The translations under genes and the position numbers were made by a program. Positions 27,151 through 40,519 of a stretch of 62,412 nucleotides of DNA are shown piece by piece. Below the pieces are notes generated by a model that was not told the origin of the DNA, did no database searches, and was given only the letters and a program-made list of their open reading frames with translations. Source of the DNA: Paraspadella gotoi (Eukaryota > Animalia > Chaetognatha); the NCBI GenBank assembly GCA_051294375.1, contig JBJCIZ010000282.1, positions 627,878 to 690,289 on the forward strand. The letters run 5' to 3'. Within the stretch, counting starts at the first letter, position 1. The number at the start of each line of letters is the position of its first letter.

Positions 27151-28728
27151 AGTGGAAAAGTTTAAACAAAAAAACCAAAAGGCCACATTTATGTCAATTG
27201 TTCCCTTAATTTTGTCAGTGGACCTAATTAAGCAAGTTAAACCAAATTATGCAGTTTTTTTCTTTTTTTTTTTTTTTAACCAAATTATGCCAGCTGACCA
27301 AATTATGTCACTTGACCAAATTACATCAATAGACCATTATTATTACAATTGTCCAAATTATGCCTGTTTACCTGTTTTCTCCATCCATTCCTTACCTTCA
27401 TCTCTCTCGCCCTACGCGTGTAAAGCCTGCCCGATCCGACCTCTTGCCAACTCGAGGGAAGCGGAGAATTCGATATTCCACTGCGTTGATGTCGTCCATC
27501 GTTTTCAGGCAATTATCTAAACCAAAATCTAGAGACCCTATGCTATCTTATGAATCCGTCCGTGGTTAATAATCTGAACCGAACTGCCACCAAACACCAG
27601 CGCTATCCTTCGCACAATTTCAAGCGAGCCATTGACGTGCTCGGAGGCACCAGTCATTCGCCTCCCGACCCAAAGGGTCGGGGTTTTCTAGCCCCGGTGG
27701 CCACACGCCTAGCAGTTACGAGGGACGGGGCGCTTAACCCGCCTGTAACATGGTGTTACAGGCCTGTTCCGAAGCTCAGGGAACTCGCTCGATTGTTTGA
27801 ACGGGTTCTTCAACTAACACATAACAAAATTACTTATCTCGTGCATTGGTGAGCACCGACTCCAACACACAACCAGCAACAACAATAACTTTCAGGCGAT
27901 ATGCCTTCAACCTGGCGATGCCAATTTCCGCCCACAACACAGTGGAAAATATAAGTCATCATTTTTACTTTTATTTTAAAGCGACATCAATATGATAGCT
28001 GTATATAAATTTATTATTAAATATTAAAATTAATTAATTAATTAAATTATCGATTATTTAATTAATTAATTTTTTGTAGCAGACTCCGATAATGTTTGCT
28101 CAAACTGGTTTTTGTTGTATTCTTGTGCACTTCGTTGCCCGATTTAAATCGATGTTAAAAACAAACCGCCTTGAAGTAGACAGTAATTATTGTTTGTGCT
28201 AGTAGACTAGAAACCATTCAATATAAGAGTATGTTACTGAGATCCAGACAGTGGATCCCTTATTAACCGCCGCGCTCTCAAGCTCGTATCCCTCTTAATT
28301 ATATAATTTGCTAGTATGGGGGGGAGGGGACTAGGCGTGGCTAGAACCATCCAGACCTGGCGGTGTCTTGGCAGAGGATCTGACAGTTAGCCTTGCGCTC
28401 TCGGGCAAAACCCATGGTATGGAATGGCCCGCTGATCTAAGAATTCGAAGGAAACGCCTGTTTGTCGTGGAGTATTTAGCAAATATCCACCATCACCCCC
28501 TTCTCTCCAGTACACCCTGAGCCCTAGCATTCGTAAAACTCCATTTATAATACAATAAAATGAATATCATAATAACTCAGCTATATAATATATTTATATA
28601 TCCCCATGCCACCATCTTTCCAACGGTAAAACACATGTACTCACACTACACACTACTATCTCACCACCGCGACTTCTTGTTTAGTTCTGTTCAACCCACT
28701 AGATTGGTTTTCCGCGCTTAATTAATTC

Positions 28729-29066
28729 TTAGGGCCTCACAATTCTGTCCGGAAAGGTGGCGTTTAATAAACCAACATTAAACAGTTTGAAATCTTTTAT
28801 AGTTGTCATAAACGCACTTGGACATTCGCGGCGGTCAGCTTTAATGATAATAGATTTTTGGATATGAAATTTAATTGTAGACATTTCAATGTCCCGGGAC
28901 AGGAATGCATTATCGCGATATATTTCTTCATCGTGCGGCAGAAGTCTTTTAACCAAAATTTATCCCATTTGGATTTCTGAGACAGCCATGGGATTTTATC
29001 TTTAACCTCGTGGCTGAGCAGCCATAACAAAAGTGTCTGCTAGAGCTTGTGACTCGCTGAGACCCT
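28729..29066 (-). other. Possible host exon or coding fragment
   Basis: Polypyrimidine tract and cag acceptor on the minus strand at ~29066, followed by ORFs 28806..29030 and 28729..28956; no recognisable domain. Confidence 0.25.
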
Positions 29067-29916
29067 GAGAGAAGAGAGAGAAAGAGAGAGAAAGCGAGAG
29101 AAAGAGAGCAGATGACGAATGCATTAAAATTACTGCTAAAAAACGCCCACGGATGGAGGAGAAACTGTTACCCTTAGGCGATCCTTTTTTTGCCGGGTAC
29201 CCCTCCGAGTTTTTTAACGCTAATATGACCCCGGCGGGTAGTCTTACCGATTAACTTCTATACTTATAAACTATCGAGTTTGCTTAAAAGTACCAAAGTT
29301 ACTTTAAAAAAAGCACCAGGGTAGCCATACATAAAGAAAATGCACATAATACCCCACCATAATACGTTTATAATACGTTATTGAATCAACGGAAACCAGT
29401 GCTGCGCCAAATACATGTAAATCACTTCAAAGCGTCTTAAATCTTTGAACTGTTAAGACCTGCGGCACAAATAACATTTTGCTACTTGCAAAAATATTTT
29501 GTAAATCAACAATAATATTTTTTTTTTGTTTCAATATTATGATTAAAATGCTTTTGATCAATTATCGTCGCTTTAAATTTTTTTTTTTTTTACCCGTTTA
29601 ATAAATTCGACTCGAGTTATCGTATTATTTGACGAAAAGGGAATTAAAATGAAAAGAAGAAAGCCGAAAGCCGATAGGAGGCCTAAAGGTAAACGGGTTA
29701 GCGGGTTGGATAGGAGCAATGGCTGAACATGGACTTATGCGTGGCCAGATTTACAAGAGAGCCCTTCCCCTTGCGGTTTCGATCATCCGACTCGATTAAA
29801 AAAAAAAATATACTTAATATGTCAACTACAAGGAATTTGTCGCGTTGAAAAAAAAAAATACTAATTATCTCTGGAAAATCTCGTTAAGGCCGCAGAGGTT
29901 TTTGCAAGAAAAATGT

Positions 29917-29960
<44 letters not shown>

Positions 29961-32900
29961 GGGGAGGGGGGCGTGAGAGATTTAAAAATCCCTTTCAAAA
30001 CCCATGACAGTCCAATTTTTCCTCCGATTCCAAGCGGAAAGTCGTTATTTTTTTCCGACTTTAGCGAGTCTAAGCGCCCATCGTATGCGGCGCTCATTCG
30101 ATTCGAAATGACAAAGGATAATGAGACTGCACGAATTTTCTAAAAAAAAATTAATTCACGCGAACAATCTGCGCCAGCCGCTGCCGAGCATTAGCTGTAA
30201 AAGGAGGGCGGGCAGGAGCGGGCTGCGGTCGCGAGCACGGCCTTTCTCGATTTGAAAATTAGTTGTATACCCGTGTCAGGTGATCGTCGAGAAAAAAAAA
30301 AGGAATTTAGCGTGAACATGGAGACGGGCGTCCAATCGAGAGCCGTCGCCCCTGACACCGACGAATCGGGCGGCGCTCGAATCAAGCCAGCGTTCCGATA
30401 TCCGACGCCATCCGACGCCGCAAATTAAATTATTCTTCCACGGCTGGAGATAAGGAGGAAACTGGGAGGAGGGTAGGCCGAGTGGGAGAAGGTTTGGATC
30501 AAGAGCTAGCTAAAAAAAAAAAGGGCCTTATTTTCCTGGAACGCCAAATTTCGTTTTCTAAAATTTCGGAATAATAAATTTTTTTGGATTAAAAATTAGG
30601 TTAGAGGTTTTGGGTAGAGATTAAAGATTAGGGTTTAAGGATAGCGCGTAAGGGTTAATTATTACTGATGAATATTCTTGGTTGGCGTTAAGCATTAGGA
30701 TTATAGGGCGTTAGGCAATTGCGGTAGGTAATAAGTTTGTAATTAGATTTAAATTAAATTCAGGGTTAAAATTAAGTTCTCAGGAAATAGAATCTGAAAC
30801 TGCAGGCACCATTAGGAAAAGAGAGCGAAAAAACGGCACACGATGAACTTATTTAATGAAATAAACAAGGGAGAAAAGGCGAAGACCTTGGAATCCAGTT
30901 CATACCTTGATATTTAAGGGATGAGAGAATAAAGAACGAAAAGAGGGCGCTTTTGAAACTTATAAGCAAGATTCAAAAGCGAGAATATTGGCTAAGCGAG
31001 ACAGCGAAGCTCTAGAAAGGATGACTTTAAGAAAAAAAAGTCAGAGTTCCGCCGAGAAAGCGAAAAAGACGCCTAAGAACAATGCGCGAGGGCGGCCGAA
31101 ATCAAAGCCAAAAAGTTTAATTTGAGAAAAGAGGAGTTTAAGGAAACGCGTAACGAGAGAAGAGAGGACGGGTAAAAAAAAAGGTGAGACAGGTTACGCA
31201 AGCGCAGCGACCGCAGAAGGTGCGTCCTTAACGCTAGAGCCGCTCACGGGTCCAAATCGGTATGGGGTTTTTAATCCTGTTTTGTTGCTACCTTAACATT
31301 GGTAAGAGATAGAAGGGAAGAGATCACAAAATAAATTTATGAAAAACATGCCTAATGTTATAATTATTGTGAACGCTTACTGTCGAATCCTTTGCCTCAA
31401 CATCTCGGGGGGTTCGGCGAGATTTCCGACCGAAGGCTTCGTAGTGGATGCTAAATCTCGACCCTGGAGCCCCATAGAAAATAATAAACATTTTTTCTAC
31501 ACCTTACTTTAAAATTACTTTTTGTCTATTTCAAAACTATTTGAAACGCTTTTAAGCGGCTAGAAATAAAGGAGCGGTGAGACACCGAGGGGGAAGAAGT
31601 TACGGATTTTGTAGCTCAATTTTTCCATTTCTTGTCGAAAAGTCCTGTCAACTCTTCGTTTTAAACCACATTTCTGCATCCTTCTGCAAATCATTTTCCG
31701 TTGCCTCACTTCAAGCTAATCTTCCTGTAATAACATTTGATTTGCTTTGCCACATCAATTTTTCGCTCCCTTTGCCACTGCCTTGACACCTCTACTTGGC
31801 CATTTTTATTCCCATTCTTTTTTCCCTCCATCATCCCCATTTTTTTTCTCTCCCCGCCCACGTTCACTGGCGCGCCTGGAGTGGACGGGGGCGAAGGCCG
31901 CCCCTTTCGACAGCGGGCCGTCGCTAAATTCCATTTTGCGAAAACAAAGAATTTGGAAAAATCCGAAAACAGATTTAGCGGCGCTGGTGAAAAAAAAGCG
32001 GAGGAAATTGAAGGCGTGATGAATAATGAAATATTGTGGAACCAGGAAAGAACGTTTAGTTTTCAGAAGTGATCGTCATCTTCCCCCCAAAAAAATTATT
32101 TTAAAATTAAAAAAAAAATAAATAAATAAAAAACTAATAGTAGGTTAGTTGACGCTTTCACCTTGGCAAAGGTCGACTTAAAATCCAATTTTTATATTGC
32201 AGAAAAAAATCTTCAAAATCTCTTTAAGTTTTAGTTTCGCGTTTCATTTATTTTTTTTTTTCCCGGGAATTGTTCCCCCCCCCTTCCCGTTTTTAAAAAA
32301 AATTTCGGAGGGATACTTGAATATTCAAGTTAATCAGTTAAATATGACGAAAAATTCATAGAGAAAAATAAAAATAGATAAGAGCGAATATATAATTATT
32401 CAAAAATTTGTGAGAAAAAAAAATGTGATAGAAAATCAGCTCGGAATAATTTTTTTTTTTATGTAAAAAAAAAAAAAAAAGAAAACCAAAAAAAATTATT
32501 CCCTTTTTACGAAACTTCACTCCACTTCCTTTGTTAAATCTTATCTCTCACAATTCTTTCCTTTCCTCCTCACCCTCATTTCTTTTTATTCCTTCGTTCT
32601 TTTTTTTTTCCCCCCGGACTTCCTTGGCTCGCTATTTTTTCTTTTCCTCTCCTTTCCTTTCCTTCCTTCCTTCCCTCCCTCTTTCTTTCTATTCACAGAT
32701 GGAAAAGAGGAACGGTTCGAGTTACGTTTTATCTGGAGACTCAAAAGACTCTCCTGCTGCAGCCGTCGTTCGTCGACATCCGTCTCTAAAGGTAAAGCCG
32801 CTCCGCAGCCGACGCGATCTTCCATTTCACCTTTCACTAGTTTTGATAAAAATAAAAGATTTTCAATTCGACCTTCTTTTGAAATTCACTCTTTTTTTTT

Positions 32901-33469
32901 TTTTTTTCAAATTATACAATTTTTTAAAACCAAAACGGTAATTCAAATTCTGAGTTGCGTCCGTGTAGTTCGACCACGCATACCATTTAGACCATATATA
33001 TAAATATATATATAAACACATATATAATAAATTGATGAATGACGAAGTATTCCCTAAGATGTTGAGATTTTTTTAACGTAAGTTGGACAGACCAACGAGA
33101 GACAGACAGAGTCAAAGAGAGAGAAAATGAAAGCTAATTATTAAATGGTTGAATAAGAAAAAAAAAAACACGCTCACAGAAAAGTAAGTTTGCTAACAGA
33201 CCAGCTCATCTTTCTTATTTTACGAATAACTGTCACTAAACCAATTATAGAAATATTAATCAATCGCCTTTGAAACGTCCCTAACTATTAGACCAGCCAT
33301 CCAAAACATACTCTCTCTGAATTTGGGATATTAGTAATTTTTTTTCTTCTCGTTTTTTCGTTTCCATGATTTAGTTGTTAGGGAGGGTTGCTGGTGGGGT
33401 AAGTGGGGCGTTAGTAATGTCCATGATGACCGCTTCGTTCGCTGCGATATCCTGATGATNNNNNNNNNN

Positions 33470-35208
33470 TCAGATTTTTATTCAGAGTATTTATCGCTTC
33501 CGTGTCACAGGCGCCTATGAATTTTGAGCAATAAAACGAAGACCAAGATTTAAATTCGATGTGAGTGCCCGGTGGAGTCAGTACAAATTTTTGGTTTCTT
33601 TTTTCTTTGAAACATGTTTCGTAATGTTGATCTTTTAAATATAGCTTACTAAACGATCTTAAACATTTAACGCAGAAGAGCTTAATGCGGGTATTCCTGC
33701 TTATGGATGACGACAGAAGTCTGGAGAGAGACCGAATGACCATGAAGTGGCTGACGCCTTTTCCGAGCTGTAAAATTGTGAGGTCGAACTGCGGTTTTTC
33801 GTTGCACGAGGAAATGAAGAACGGGAAAATTTCTAATTTCTTATTCTTATATTCGTATGTATAAATATGAATAGCAAATAAATTTTTATTGAGTTTCTCT
33901 AATTTTTCGATTTGTCTCGGACAGGTGATCGGGAAATTCACGCCTTCGTGATTAATATATTTATAAAAGGGTTTATAATTTTTTTCGTATCGGGCTATTT
34001 TGGCAGAAAAATTAAAAATTGATGCTATTATGCAATTCAGCAAACATTTACCATCCTTACTTGGAACGTTTAAAAGCGCGTTTTTTCTTTTGAGGAAATT
34101 TGGGATTTTTGGGAAGCCTCCTCCGACACTCATGATATTTTTAAAACAATATATTTAATTTTAAGAATACTGTGTATAGATAGACGAGTCCGGATCGTTT
34201 CAGCGTCAGTTCGGAAATTTCGTAAAACAAATTTTCGAATATCCTGTTTGTGTCCCGTAACCCGTCACCGCGGATCAAGATCTCCACGGGTTGTTGACTT
34301 TCGTAATATATCAAGTTGGCGTCTTCGATGTGTTCGACGTCGCTCTCTAGCCCCCCATTCGTGGACGTGCCAACGGCGGAAAATAATGCTAAACGAATTT
34401 TTACTGAAAATTTGATAGATTTTTGTTTTTTTAGTTCTCGAAGAATGGATCCATGAGTCGATGGGGCGTTGAATCCAAAAGTCGCGAGAACGATAGGGAT
34501 CGAACGGCATGATGGATCGTTGATTCTTTAAAAACGATATGATGTCGGGAGAGTTCAGCGTTTTCACAAGAAGTTTGTTAACTTTTTTTGATTTTTTTAT
34601 TTCGAAGTGATCCGTGATTACGTGTTTAAAGNNNNNNNNNNNNNNNNNNNNNNNNNNNNNNNNNNNNNNNNNNNNNNNNNNNNNNNNNNNNNNNNNNNNN
34701 NNNNNNNNNNNNNNNNNNNNNNNNNNNNNNNNNNNNNNNNNNNNNNNNNNNNNNNNNNNNNNNNNNNNNNNNNNNNNNNNNNNNNNNNNNNNNNNNNNNN
34801 NNNNNNNNNNNNNNNNNNNNNNNNNNNNNNNNNNNNNNNNNNNNNNNNNNNNNNNNNNNNNNNNNNNNNNNNNNGAATTTGGGATATTAGTAATTTTTTT
34901 TCTTCTCGTTTTTTTGTTTCCATGATTTAGTTGTTAGGGGGGGTTGCTGGTGGGGTAAGTGGGGCGTTAGTAATATCCATGATGATTGCTTTGTTCGCCG
35001 CGATATCCTGATGATCTCCTTCGATCCGCTTCGTTCGCGCGAATATCCTGACGATCTCCTTCGTTCGGGTGGTGGAGTTGAGAGAGTTCATATACATCTC
35101 TTCTTGGCGTGGAACGTCTGATCAGAAATCATATATCGTTTATGTACATCTCCTTCGTCTGGGTGCGGTAAGCTTCGAAGACATCGGGCGGTAAAAAGTC
35201 ATTTCCAT
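33470..35208 (-). pseudogene. pPolB: pPolB N-terminal part (terminal-protein region to ExoI) with an internal deletion and an N gap
   Basis: Clean ORF 33411..34133: KIPNFLKRKNALLNVPSKDGKCLLNCI..GVNFPI..IEKLEKLN..SHFMVIRSLSRLL..FCVKCLRSF..HYETC..FIGACDTEA, the typical Polinton pPolB N-terminal pattern. Confidence 0.9.
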
Positions 35209-35279
35209 ATTTAATAGAAAACATTCGTAACAGACGGCAATTAAGTTCTTGTTGGCATAAATATCATTTTCCATTTTTT

Positions 35280-35884
35280 TTAAACAGATCGTCGACGAGT
35301 TGTTGTAGGAACTCTGGGGGTCTTCCGCTTCCGGTTCCGTCGAATCGTGACGGATGAAATTCTCGGTGATGAGATCGGTGTCGGAAAATCGTTGGGAGAC
35401 GGTGCGGGGGTGGTGTCAGGATTGGTATCGTAGGAAAATCTGGGATGTTTTCGAAGCGAAAGTACGAATCTACTTTTTGCGCTCGATTCGTGTAGAATTT
35501 TTTTTGTGGAAACGACAGAGTCCAGCGGAGGTCGTCGTTGTCTGATCCTTAGCGATAATTTCTCTGAGATGTTCTCTTGCGGTTTGTAAACGGTTTTGGA
35601 TACGATCGATGGTTCGGGAGCAGAATTTTTTATTTCGATTTCTTCACAAAAAGGTTTTAAAGGACGAAATGAGTTGTTCCTGTTGCGCGCGAGATAGTGT
35701 GCAATTTTCAATGTTTGGCAAGTTTGTTCTTGGCATAACAAATTATTTTGTCTTTTACTTGTGAGGAAATCGATTTGCTGCTACTTTGTAAATGGTTAGG
35801 GACTGTCGAAAAAAAATTTGTTCTGTTTCGTTCGTCTTCTTCTTCTCTAGAAATTAAGGAAAAATTGAGAGACCTTGATGCCAT
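35280..35884 (-). CDS. E1A-like PLDLS ORF, copy C (frameshifted)
   Basis: Homologous to 59146..59763 (IKNSAPEPSIV, PLD). Confidence 0.65.
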
Positions 35885-36059
35885 GGTAATGGGGGAGAAT
35901 GGAGTCGATTCGTTTTTTGGTCGAATCGAGAACGCAATCGTTATGGTTCGGTGGCACGCGCGCCGCGCGTTAACGGAAAAACATTGACAGATGTTGAATT
36001 GTCAGTCTGTTTCTAGTCTCTCTCTCTCTTCTCTCTCTCTCTCTCTCTCTAACGTATTG

Positions 36060-36090
<31 letters not shown>

Positions 36091-36094
36091 AACG

Positions 36095-36143
<49 letters not shown>

Positions 36144-36349
36144 TTTCATTCTTTCCCTTCTTATCTATAAATGACTAATGACCCTAAGCTCGCGAAAGTT
36201 TTTCTTCTGTCAACTGATAAGTTTCTTTTCCATTGTTCGCTTTCACTTTTCATTTCACTTCTCGTTTTCTTTTTCGCTTTTTCTGAAATTTTTTCCGACT
36301 CTTTCTGTCTCTCTCTTCTCTCTCTCTCTCTTTTCAAATAACCAAAGAG

Positions 36350-37630
36350 ATGATTCGGCTCATGCTCGCGATATGCTGTTTCGCGTCCGCGTGCTCGTCC
36401 AGTCATCCCAGATGACTATTACTACTAGGTGGATATTATACCGACACCCGGCCGTCACCAGTTTGACGTTGAAGATGACGCCCGCCGGTCCTTCCCTTGG
36501 TGTTTTCGGACCGCTGCGCCAACAAACGCCCGCTATCGATTGGAACAATTTTTTTGACGAGTATTCAAATTGGCGGGGCGAAGGCCGACGTCTTCTCGGG
36601 GAACGACGACGATCGCTAGACGCCGGCGATCGAAACGAGCCGGGGTGACGACGACGACGGCGACGACGACGACCGACGACCGGTGAGGAAGAGTAGCCGC
36701 GCCGACGACGCGAGTTGAGGAAGAGTACCGCGCCGCGGCGACGAGCGCGGTGCCGTGGGCGCGGTCGTCGAGCGCCCGGACACCGACGACGACGTAATAC
36801 CGCGCGACGACGACCTGGCCGCGCCGACGAACGACCGGGCCGAGCCGCGCCGGCCCGACGACGACGACGACGACCGCGGTGCCATTGTCGCGGTCGTCGA
36901 GTCTGTTCCGACACGAGAGCGACGATGTCGGGATTTCTCGTGAATGGGACGATCGAACGCCTGGAGCATCGCCCCGATGGAATCGAGGTAAAAAATATGC
37001 GGGGTCTTGCGTCGTTAGGGCAATCGTTTATATCAAAAAAAAATTTTCAGGCGTCGGGGCAGATGGCGAAATCGAAAGGGGGCGGGGAAACGAACCGATG
37101 ATGATGACGAGGTAATCGATGATAATAGCCATTTTTTCTCTTTAGTTCGAAATTGATTAGTTTTTAATTTTTACAGGCTGGCGATAATTCCTCTGTTCAC
37201 TTGCGACCTACGCGGGACCTACGGCACTTGTCTGGTGGTCGTAGGTTTTTTTATCGCGTGTTCGCGGAAAGCGGGTGGACGTCGTCCTGGAGGACGCGGA
37301 CTCCTCCCCTCGAAGGGAAGTGTCGAGATGAATCGACGCTCCCCCCAGGAGAGAAGAGGTCGATTCGAGCGATAGACTCTCCCGGACGTACGAACGCTCT
37401 GCGCGCGATGACTCCTTACTGATTTAACACCAATTTGGTCAGTCGTTCGGGGTCTTCGTCACCATCCTCAACGTTCACGCCCCCGCCGATTGGGGAGAAA
37501 ACATTACGGGGGCTGAAAGGGTGGTGGGGAGAGCGAGGAGGATCTTCGCTAGTTGGGACGGACTGAGGGAGGATGACGAGGGGATCGTTATAACTCCCGT
37601 CGCTTTCCCCAGTACAAAGCGGTATGACTC
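36350..37630 (+). CDS. Spliced type I membrane mucin-like glycoprotein, copy C (indels)
   Basis: TPAIDWNNFF, acgacg Thr repeats, and both introns (gag|gtaaaaaatatg..ttttcag; gag|gtaatcgat..ttacag) are conserved. Confidence 0.72.
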
Positions 37631-37645
37631 ATCTCTCTCTATCTT

Positions 37646-37682
<37 letters not shown>

Positions 37683-38329
37683 CTCTTCTCGTCAAACCTG
37701 TCTCAATCATCCAGTTAAATGTCATTCACGTTACAATGAAAGACTTAATCAGAGGTACTATAAGACGTATGCAACACTAGTCCACCTATTTTAGATAAAT
37801 TAAAACCTATCATACAGGAATACTCGATTGAATGCTTGTTGTCTAATTACACTTCAAACATTCAGGAGATGTATTATTGATCTCTTCGCTATAGAGAGTG
37901 TGCATCATCTATATCATTGACCTTAACAAAATGAAATAAGATGAGGTTATATCTATCGCTATACTACAAACTTTGAGAGATATGGACTCTACTCATCCGA
38001 GACAACTACACCTCCCCTCTCACAACTAACCTCTTTATGGTCCTAACCCGTATTCGCATTAATCCCCAATTTTTTTGCTTAATCTTGTTCTCAAATCACT
38101 TCAGGTATATCAATCGTGAATATCAAAATATATTGAGTTAATACATTAGACATTAAAGTAGTATTATATAGTCTCGATTAATATCATAATCAGCACTACA
38201 AATTTATTTGAATCTAAGTTCAAATTTCAACAAACGCAGAAGCTATCTCAGAAATCAACCTAATGCATTTTAAGATATTATCTTCAAGATCGATTAAAAT
38301 AGTTGACAAATCACAAACTGCTATAATCA

Positions 38330-38890
38330 CCTGTCGGGCTCGGTCCGCCCACCTCAAAATATATGATCAGGGCACAAACACTTTATATCATGCTCAGAAC
38401 ATCAGACAGTTATCTATAAATTATGCAAAAAAAGATGTTACCGTCGTGTCTGCTCGCCGTCCGCCGTCCGTACCGATCTCGTCCGTCCGTCCGTCCGCTT
38501 TCGCGATCCCTTACTTCCCTTAGCACAAAAAACTCACAGTATACTCGTGAGTTGTGAGTATGATGTAATGATTGTACATAGATCAACTATATTAGTGCAG
38601 TGAGGTGTGGAAAAAGGAGCAAGTGTTGAATTGAACGAATAGAAAGATTTCAAATGAGTTCTCAATAGGAATCGTGCGAGTGAAATGAGTATGTTAAATT
38701 GGAAAAAAACAAAAGTCATATTACTTTGAAGATTTTTACTTAAACTTTACTCATAATTCTTATGGTTTTATTAAAATTGGATTAGATAAATCTTGAAATT
38801 GAGTTATTTGATGTACAAGCATACGCGGAAAGACTCATGGGTTGAGTAATCCATAACTTGATGATTTTAATTTTGTATGGAACCGTGGGT
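38330..38890 (+). repeat. Dispersed repeat, copy of ~26500-27150
   Basis: Shared sequence blocks in the same order. Confidence 0.65.
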
Positions 38891-39659
38891 GATGCGATAC
38901 GAAGAAAGTTTTCAGATAATTAGAAAAGATATAACACGAAGAAAAGAATCTCAAACAGTTTTATATGTTTGATATTTGTGGTTTTAATATAAAACACTTG
39001 ATTATTAAAGTTTTTCAAGAGTGGATATGAACAGGTAGGAAGAAGTCAAATGTGGCTACCTGGACCTTGTCGCTCCGTCTCTGTCCCTAGGCGCAATATT
39101 CACAGGATCTGTCAAACTGCGCGCGTGCGAGATATAAATATAGCTTCCAGAACTGGAACCTCGTCGAATTCCTTCCGTCGCGATTACCATATTGCTGGAA
39201 GGTTTTACTCTGGAACAAGTAGCGACACATTTTGAAGAGTTAAATAAGGAGTGAGTGATAGAGCAGTATGGTAGCCGCGCTGAACTTAAATAGTTATTCT
39301 ATCTCTTGATAAATAAAATTAAAACGTATTACCGATATTATCCAAAACGAGCTCGCTCTCTCCGTCACTACTTTTTAACCCGCCGCGCAACATACATCTA
39401 GACCATCGACTGGTGCTCCGCGTAACTTTTTCGTTCACGTGAATCCGAGCAGCGCGACAGCCGCATATTTTTCCAACTCGATCAACTCGCTCTACAGCGT
39501 CGATACCCAGGAGCCACAATGTTTTACCTTCTTACAGCTACTGTTATGACGCGTCACCATAGAAACTTCGTGAATAGCGGGTTTCCCCGGCTATCATTAT
39601 TAACTAAGATAACCTAACATCAATAATTTGTATATCATTGCAAATATTTTTTTATTGTT

Positions 39660-40130
39660 CAAAATAGGTTCTCTACATCTCTACAAAAGAATCGAGAACT
39701 AAACTACTAGTACATGTTAGGCAGAAACCTCTCGAATGGTAAGGATCAATAAGATATAGCTGAAAGAAAGAGAATACTAACGTGAGCGCTCATGTTAAAT
39801 TTATTATGCCTAAGCACAACTAATTTCACAACAATGAAGCAGAGACAATAATCAATAGGGTACAACATCGTAACGAGAGGTTAATGGATCTCATGTCATC
39901 ATTTGCCCAGATTCGGGCTTGGGCAGGGACGACTAGTGAACACCTTCCCCGTTTCATCGTAGGTGGATAATCTTTTAGATTGATCAAACGATCAGAAATC
40001 TGAGATTTATTATACTTTAAACTATTCCTAATATTATTTAAATATTACTTATAACTTACCTCGCTCTCTTGATCCGTCGACTCTGTGCTCTTTCTCTCTC
40101 CATTAAAATAAAAAATATTATGTATAGACC
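39660..40130 (-). pseudogene. Inverted, noisy copy of the small membrane protein gene
   Basis: Reverse complement matches 22900-23250 and 61730-62077 (agatgtagagaacctat; attgattattgtctct; ccacctacgatgaaacggggaaggtgtt). Confidence 0.65.
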
Positions 40131-40519
40131 TCTTTTTAGCAATAATTCTGTAATTTTTTAGCTTCTCTCTTTTTCTCCCAAATTTCAAATCTCAAACGGG
40201 AGATAAGTTCTCCAAAGTTATCTCCGTGCCTCTCTAAACATAAAATCATCATACACCCATTCTCTCATCTCTTCACTCTCCCAGACATCGTACGTATTTC
40301 GGTATGATCGCTACGAAGATAATTTCAGACGAGCGCAGTATGTAGTTGGCCGTACGCCACACCTCTGCAGACAGCAGTTGGTGCCTCCATGTACCTGAGA
40401 GAGATGAAGTGAGTTGTATGAGAGATGTATGCAGAGATTATGAGAGAGACGAGAGATGCATAGACATTCTACGATCTCTCTTAGATGCATGAGACTATCG
40501 TTTCATACTTCTCTGCCTC

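Larger units (their letters stand above)
33318..37690. mobile_element. Polinton/Maverick partial copy C (pPolB N-terminus, PLDLS ORF, mucin-like gene) with gaps
   Basis: Collinear with 18020-22700 and 56960-61600; 33318-33459 duplicates 34874-35015. Confidence 0.88.

Noticed and set aside
30594-30780. TTAGG/TTAGGG-like words suggesting an interstitial telomere
   Set aside because: Short, highly degenerate and not a regular array
34607-34930. ORFs spanning the 34632-34873 N run
   Set aside because: Artefacts of the assembly gap
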